Below are positions 59,428-64,000 of a stretch of 64,000 nt of DNA, piece after piece (the first letter of the stretch is position 1; the number at the start of each line of letters is the position of its first letter). The notes beneath the pieces are model-generated. The model saw only the letters and a program-made list of their open reading frames with translations. It had not been told where the DNA came from and ran no database searches. The stretch is taken from positions 232 to 64,231 of the forward strand of contig JAQTMH010000004.1 of assembly GCA_028714495.1 (NCBI GenBank), read 5' to 3'. The stretch comes from Patescibacteria group bacterium. GTDB lineage: Bacteria; Patescibacteriota; Patescibacteriia; JAHIZJ01. The position numbers and the translations under genes were made by a program.

Positions 59428-60179
59428 ACAACCAACCTGAAAAATTGCCGGAGAAACTAACCTTGAATGATCAGATCCGGAAGGACATCGAGGACAAAAA
59501 AATAACCATGAAGCCAAAATCCTATTTTTGGCTCCGAAAGCTATTAATTGTCCTGGCCTTTTTCGGAATCATTATCATAGGCACATTTTTTGGAAGCTTG
59601 ATACATTTTAGCTTGCAAAGCAGGGGCTTATGGGGTTTGCCAGAATTCAGCGCGTCTTATTGGCAAAATTTGTTTCAGTCCTTCCCGTGGTTTATTTTCG
59701 GGACGGCAATTTTATTTTTGCTGGCCCTATTTGTTATTCTGCGTCGTTATTTTAAGGGCTACCGTTTTCCGCTGATTATCTTCACTGCCTTGATCCTTGT
59801 GTCGGTCTGCGTAATCGGCTCCGTGGTCATATATTTTGATTTTCATTCGAAAGCATCGCATTATATTCTCGAAGAGGATATCCCGATAATAAAAAGCATT
59901 TACCATTGTCCGGGGATTGAGGAGGAAGATTATATTTTAACCGGCATAATCCAGGAAGTTCATTCGGGCGATCTGACAATCAGGGATTCCTCGGGCCAAA
60001 CCCGGCAGGTAATTATTTGGCCAGAAACTAGTTTTATCGATAGCGATGGCATAGGTCCGCACCAAGGGGGCGTCGTTGTGATATGGGGAAGACAAATGGG
60101 TGATAAAATCGACGCCACTCGAATAAGAGAATTGAATTACCACGATTTGAATAATCTGCCAGAGCGGCTTTGTCCCTAA
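59424..60179 (+). CDS. Putative anti-sigma factor / membrane protein co-transcribed with the ECF sigma gene
   Basis: 4-nt overlap with the sigma gene. Four TM helices. Confidence 0.45.
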   Translation: MNNQPEKLPEKLTLNDQIRKDIEDKKITMKPKSYFWLRKLLIVLAFFGIIIIGTFFGSLIHFSLQSRGLWGLPEFSASYWQNLFQSFPWFIFGTAILFLLALFVILRRYFKGYRFPLIIFTALILVSVCVIGSVVIYFDFHSKASHYILEEDIPIIKSIYHCPGIEEEDYILTGIIQEVHSGDLTIRDSSGQTRQVIIWPETSFIDSDGIGPHQGGVVVIWGRQMGDKIDATRIRELNYHDLNNLPERLCP

Positions 60180-60660
60180 ATTCAGCCTGAAAGCCGATTA
60201 ATTAATCCACGGGGGTTGAAATAATTGCTCCTTCCTTTTTGTAGTACATATGCCAGCAAAAAATGATAATTATTAAAGCTTATACACCTATGTTTCACTA
60301 TTTTGGCCGCCTCAAGATGCTTAAGCTTCTCCCCATCCCTCCGCCTTGAGATAACTCTGATTTCAGCCCATTTATTCCCGCGGCTGTTAATCCTGACAGA
60401 AGCTCAAAAACAGATGAAGGGCTAATTTCAAAAGAATACGCCATCCCGAGGCGCGAGTTGCCGGGTAAACATGCCCTATAGACTCGAAGCAGAAATTACG
60501 CCAATATCTGATATGGGCTCATCCAGGAAATCAAAATAGCAAAGACACGGTGATTTCAATGGTAATGAAGTTATCACCTCCCTTTCCCAGCCCCCTTCCT
60601 CGTTAATCACGGGAAGGGAGCTTTGATTATAAAAGGCGGATTTGTTCCGCCTTTGTTTTT

Positions 60661-60689
60661 TTGACAAAAACAATATGTAGTTATATGAT
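60661..60689 (+). promoter_or_regulatory. Sigma-70-like promoter TTGACA-N17-TATGAT
   Basis: Consensus boxes about 35 nt upstream of the 60726 gene's RBS. Confidence 0.55.
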
Positions 60690-60725
60690 AGTAAATCGGC
60701 TCTATTCATTCAATCAAGCAAGGAG

Positions 60726-60941
60726 GTGACAGCCATGCCGAGATTCCGGATCAATTACTCTTTTCTGCAAGGGGTGGACCATCATCATCCAGATTATATG
60801 AAGCCAGATGCGCCCCTTGAAAGGATCTACCGGGATACGACCATTGAGACATCAGACGAAGAAGCGGCCAGAGCTGAATTTGGTAGACAGAAGCCGGCCT
60901 GCACAATTGAAAGCATCAAAGAAGCAAAAGAGACCGATTAG
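60726..60941 (+). CDS. Hypothetical small protein (71 aa)
   Basis: RBS cAAGGAGGtgacagcc ATG. Own promoter. Hairpin terminator at 60983-61012. Confidence 0.5.
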   Translation: MTAMPRFRINYSFLQGVDHHHPDYMKPDAPLERIYRDTTIETSDEEAARAEFGRQKPACTIESIKEAKETD

Positions 60942-60982
60942 CGTATAGCACTTTTCAACCAGCATCATGCTATCAATTTTTT

Positions 60983-61012
60983 AGAGGCGGATTCGTTCCA
61001 CCTCTATTTTTT
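60983..61012 (+). terminator. Intrinsic terminator (agaggcggattcgttccacctct + TTTTTT)
   Basis: Hairpin plus T-run. A sequence-related hairpin (aaaggcggatttgttccgccttt + T-run) lies at 60632-60662, upstream of the promoter. Confidence 0.5.
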
Positions 61013-61069
61013 ATAAAAAACATTCTTATGTCCAGGAGAATGATAATTTAGACTGGGAAAGGTATTGAT

Positions 61070-61801
61070 TTAGAATCGAGAGATAATAAAAGCTACCAGA
61101 AACCCCAGAACAGTCAAAAGTCCGATAGATACCCCACCCTCTTCATAGGCCTCGGGAATCATGCTATCAGCCACCATGGCCAGGATGGCGCCGGCGGCAA
61201 AGGCTTCAAGCGTGCCGATGGTATTGGGCCTGAGGTTGTGCAAAAATTGGTAGCTCAGAACGGTTACCAGCAGAGTAACCAAAGCGACAGAAGCCCACAT
61301 CAGGTAAATGCGCTTTTTGGAGAAACCTTCTTTTTGGAGACCGGTGATCGAGGCGATGCTTTCCGGGAAGTTTGAAAGGAGGATCGCGGCAAGCATCAGT
61401 AAGCCCGTCCCAGTGCTATTAAAGAGAGCAATACCCAAAGCGATTGATTCAGGGATCCCATCCAGGACTGTGCCAAGAGTGATGATTTGACCGCCGGATT
61501 GGCGTTTCGGCTGATAGGGCTGCTGGCGCCGGTGTTTTCGGCCGCCCCTGACATGGAGTATGTAATCACCCGCGATAAAAACCAAGCCGCCCGCCAAAAA
61601 ACCCATGATGACCGCGTCAAACCCGCCATGGCGAAACGCCTCCTCCATCAAACCAAAAGTCAAGGCGCAGATTAGCACGCCTGAACCGAAGGCCATGATG
61701 GCGGCGACAGTTTTTTGTTTAAGGTGAAAAGTAATGCCCACCCATGCTCCGATGAGCAATGACAGGCCGGTGATTCCACCGTAAATAATTGCTTGGACCA
61801 T
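61070..61801 (-). CDS. ZIP-family metal cation transporter (ZupT-like)
   Basis: Eight TM helices. GIPESIALG and NFPESIA motifs. Confidence 0.7.
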   Translation of the reverse strand: MVQAIIYGGITGLSLLIGAWVGITFHLKQKTVAAIMAFGSGVLICALTFGLMEEAFRHGGFDAVIMGFLAGGLVFIAGDYILHVRGGRKHRRQQPYQPKRQSGGQIITLGTVLDGIPESIALGIALFNSTGTGLLMLAAILLSNFPESIASITGLQKEGFSKKRIYLMWASVALVTLLVTVLSYQFLHNLRPNTIGTLEAFAAGAILAMVADSMIPEAYEEGGVSIGLLTVLGFLVAFIISRF

Positions 61802-61887
61802 GTTTAGAGCTATGGTTTACCCGATAATTGTATAATTAATATAGATTTTAAGCAATTAAAAAAAGACGTTGATTGTTTCACAACGTC

Positions 61888-62394
61888 TTAGCGGCCGCGA
61901 TGGCCAAAGAGCTTTTGCTTGATGGCGTACCAGAGAAGCTGGTACCAGCTGCGCGTCCACCGCTGGGTTGATTGCCGGTCGAATCTGATTCTGCTCATTG
62001 ACCACGAGAGAATTACATAACCAGCTTGTTCGGCTAATCGACGGCATTTGGTCAGATGGAGGAAGGGTTGTGCGACAACAAAGATGTTGCGAACCACGGG
62101 TATTCCGGGAGGATTATCACCGAGCTCTTGGAAAAACACGTCGGCTTGGGCCATTACTTCCTCGCTGTCCAGATAGACGCCAGGACGGCGGTGGTGCGTG
62201 ACCAGATGGAGTTTGGTCGGTTTGCGTCCGGTGAAATTGAGTAGGCTGCCGATTTCATGTTGAACGACCACAGCGATTCCATCACCCACTTCTTGAACGA
62301 TACGTTCCACCTCTCGTGCCAAGTCAACATTGCTCAGGCACGGGCCAGCTTTTTCGCCGCGCATACCAAAGGAGAAAGCCACCAAACCGTGCAT
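61888..62394 (-). CDS. DUF218/YdcF-family protein
   Basis: SEEVMAQADVFFQELG... and VVAQPFHLTKCRRLAEQAG are collinear with E. coli YdcF (SEAEVMADYA..., LVTSDFHMPRS...). Confidence 0.45.
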   Translation of the reverse strand: MHGLVAFSFGMRGEKAGPCLSNVDLAREVERIVQEVGDGIAVVVQHEIGSLLNFTGRKPTKLHLVTHHRRPGVYLDSEEVMAQADVFFQELGDNPPGIPVVRNIFVVAQPFLHLTKCRRLAEQAGYVILSWSMSRIRFDRQSTQRWTRSWYQLLWYAIKQKLFGHRGR

Positions 62395-62552
62395 ATGTTC
62401 CCCCTGTGGTTTTCGGCCGGATGAGCTTTTTCAATTCAAAGAACAGGACAGATGACTATATCAGATAGCCATTTAGCCGTCAAGACGGGCAAGTGTAATA
62501 TAAACGATTGTTTATGATATAATGATAGAGCTGAAACCAACAGAGTAATTAT

Positions 62553-62972
62553 ATGAAAATCTATTTTGCCGGCGCTATCACCGGCGGACGACATCATCAG
62601 CCTTGGTACAAGGACATTATCGAATATCTGCAGGGATATGGTGAAGTGATCACCCAGCGGATTGGCGATAAAGACCTGAAAATTCGGGAAGGGCATTTAA
62701 CCGACGATGCTATTTTCACTTGGCTGGTTGATCAGCTAGCCAAAGCCGACGCGGTAGTGGCTGACGTAACCGTGCCATCGCTCGGCGTCGGCTATGAAAT
62801 CGCGCTGGCTGAAAAAATGGGCAAGAATATTCTTTGCCTATTTAATAACGAGACCGACCAGTATCTGTCAGCCATGATCAGCGGCAATCCGAACCTGTCG
62901 TTATTTGAGTATAAAGAACTAAATGAGGTATGCCGGGCGATTGATGAATATTTTGAAGAAATTAAAAATTAA
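62553..62972 (+). CDS. DNPH1/Rcl-like 2'-deoxynucleoside 5'-phosphate N-hydrolase (nucleoside 2-deoxyribosyltransferase superfamily)
   Basis: MKIYFAGAITGG...VVADVTVPSLGVGYEIALAEKMGKNILCLF...YLSAMISG. Closely collinear with human DNPH1 (SLGVGYELG...RILCLF...LSAMI). Confidence 0.65.
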   Translation: MKIYFAGAITGGRHHQPWYKDIIEYLQGYGEVITQRIGDKDLKIREGHLTDDAIFTWLVDQLAKADAVVADVTVPSLGVGYEIALAEKMGKNILCLFNNETDQYLSAMISGNPNLSLFEYKELNEVCRAIDEYFEEIKN

Positions 62973-63013
62973 GAATTAAGGAATAAGAATTAATAATTAG
63001 GGAAATTACTTTA

Positions 63014-63454
63014 ATGAGAGATAAACAAAAAGTTGGTGTTGGGGTCGGCGTTATGATTTTAAGAGGTGGCAAAGTCTTATTAGGCTTGCGTCACGCTGAT
63101 CCGGCCAAGGCTGATTCCGAGCTCCATGGGGAAAACACCTGGACTATGCCAGGCGGCAAGCTGGAATTCGGTGAAGAACTTGAGAACGCCTGTGTTCGGG
63201 AGGTTAGCGAGGAAACCGGGCTGAAAATTCCGCCAAATACGTTGAAATTAGTCAGCGTTACCAATGATCGGGTGGAAGACGCGCATTTTATCACCCTAGG
63301 GTTTCTTTGCGCTGATTTTCAAGGCGAACCCGAAGTGAAAGAGCCAGATGAAATCACGCGCTGGGAGTGGTTCCCAATTGAACAACTGCCCAAACCAATG
63401 TTCTTCTGCAGTGAAAAAATAATTAAGAATTATATATCCAATAAGATTTATTAA
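63014..63454 (+). CDS. Nudix hydrolase
   Basis: Nudix box GGKLEFGEELENACVREVSEETGL. Confidence 0.75.
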   Translation: MRDKQKVGVGVGVMILRGGKVLLGLRHADPAKADSELHGENTWTMPGGKLEFGEELENACVREVSEETGLKIPPNTLKLVSVTNDRVEDAHFITLGFLCADFQGEPEVKEPDEITRWEWFPIEQLPKPMFFCSEKIIKNYISNKIY

Positions 63455-63456
63455 AC

Positions 63457-63900
63457 ATGAAACTAGTTAGCGCCTGTTTGTTGGGCGCAAAATGCCGGTA
63501 TAGCGGCCAAGCCAAGTCCGATAATCGGATGGTTGAATTGGACAAAAAAGAAGAGTTGGTTCCAGTCTGCCCAGAACAATTAGCCGGTTTGCCCACTCCG
63601 CGTGAGCCCGTGGAGATTCAGGGTGGCGGTGAAGCCGTGTTAGCCGGTCGAGGCAGGGTGGTAACTAAATCAGGCCGAGATGTCACCCAGGAATTTATTA
63701 AAGGCGCCCAGGAGACCCTGAAGGTTGCCAAAATATTTGAGGCCAAGGAAGCGATTCTGAAACAAAAAAGCCCGTCGTGCGGATGTGGCAAGATTTATGA
63801 TGGGACATTCTCTGGCCAGTTGACTAAAGGCGACGGAGTAACCACGGCTTTATTGAAGCAAAACGGGATTAGGTGCGTTTCAGAGGAGGATATTAATTAA
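63457..63900 (+). CDS. DUF523-family protein (TudS-like [4Fe-4S] thiouracil/4-thio-UMP desulfidase)
   Basis: N-terminus LVSACLLGAKCRYSG and additional conserved Cys (CPEQ, SPSCGCGKIYDG). Confidence 0.55.
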   Translation: MKLVSACLLGAKCRYSGQAKSDNRMVELDKKEELVPVCPEQLAGLPTPREPVEIQGGGEAVLAGRGRVVTKSGRDVTQEFIKGAQETLKVAKIFEAKEAILKQKSPSCGCGKIYDGTFSGQLTKGDGVTTALLKQNGIRCVSEEDIN

Positions 63901-64000
63901 ACTAGGACTTCCGCGCTTGCCGCTTTCGGCCCGGCAGAGCCGGTTCCATCAGCGGCTTTGGCCGATTTTCCGCCCAAGGCGGACCCGCCTTTGGCGGGCT

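Overview
This 64-kb segment reads like a small-genome Candidate Phyla Radiation (Patescibacteria)-type bacterium. The backbone is about 48–50 % GC and is packed with short genes.

Backbone content:
- Recognisable housekeeping genes: a MurE-like Mur ligase, xseA/xseB, ruvA, uvrB, purF, rpsT, holA, polA, an MgtA-type P-type ATPase, FemAB, LCP and two sugar nucleotidyltransferases.
- A 23S–5S rRNA unit with its own promoter but no adjacent 16S, plus tRNA-Arg(CCG), tRNA-Leu(TAG) and tRNA-Ser(CGA).
- Many secreted or surface proteins: an S8 protease fused to FG-GAP repeats, a lamin-tail-domain protein, a pilin-like protein and lipoproteins.
- A nucleotide-salvage set: PNP/MTAP, a eukaryote-type pyrimidine 5'-nucleotidase, a DNPH1-like N-glycosidase, two Nudix hydrolases, a DUF523/TudS-like protein and an EndoQ-like PHP nuclease.

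Superimposed on this are several compositionally foreign islets. GC-rich ones (57–60 %) lie at 4.4–6.6 kb, 20.6–21.5 kb, 30.3–30.7 kb, 33.2–35.3 kb, 49.5–50.3 kb and 56.1–58.7 kb. AT-rich ones lie at 39.5–40.1 kb and 52.1–53.5 kb.

The most unusual structures are:
- A family of ~80-bp repeats, each directly following an intrinsic terminator. Two copies are inverted and bracket a GC-rich LVIVD-repeat cassette; the third abuts a single-gene AT-rich insertion that is flanked by a 31-bp duplication of the 3' flank of the 5S gene.
- A 23S rRNA lengthened by the same ~112-nt hairpin element inserted at two different variable helices.
- A tRNA-Leu to rRNA interval carrying a GNAT-like protein, a zinc-ribbon protein, an XRE-HTH/P-loop NTPase and a PNP-family phosphorylase. 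This could be a sensor/effector conflict module, or it could be plain salvage genes.
- Direct repeats of the tRNA-Ser 3' end around a small lipoprotein islet.
- A structured RNA candidate upstream of a Nudix gene.

No integrase, transposase, reverse transcriptase, Cas gene or CRISPR array was seen. All calls are from reading the sequence and ORF translations by eye; no searches were run.
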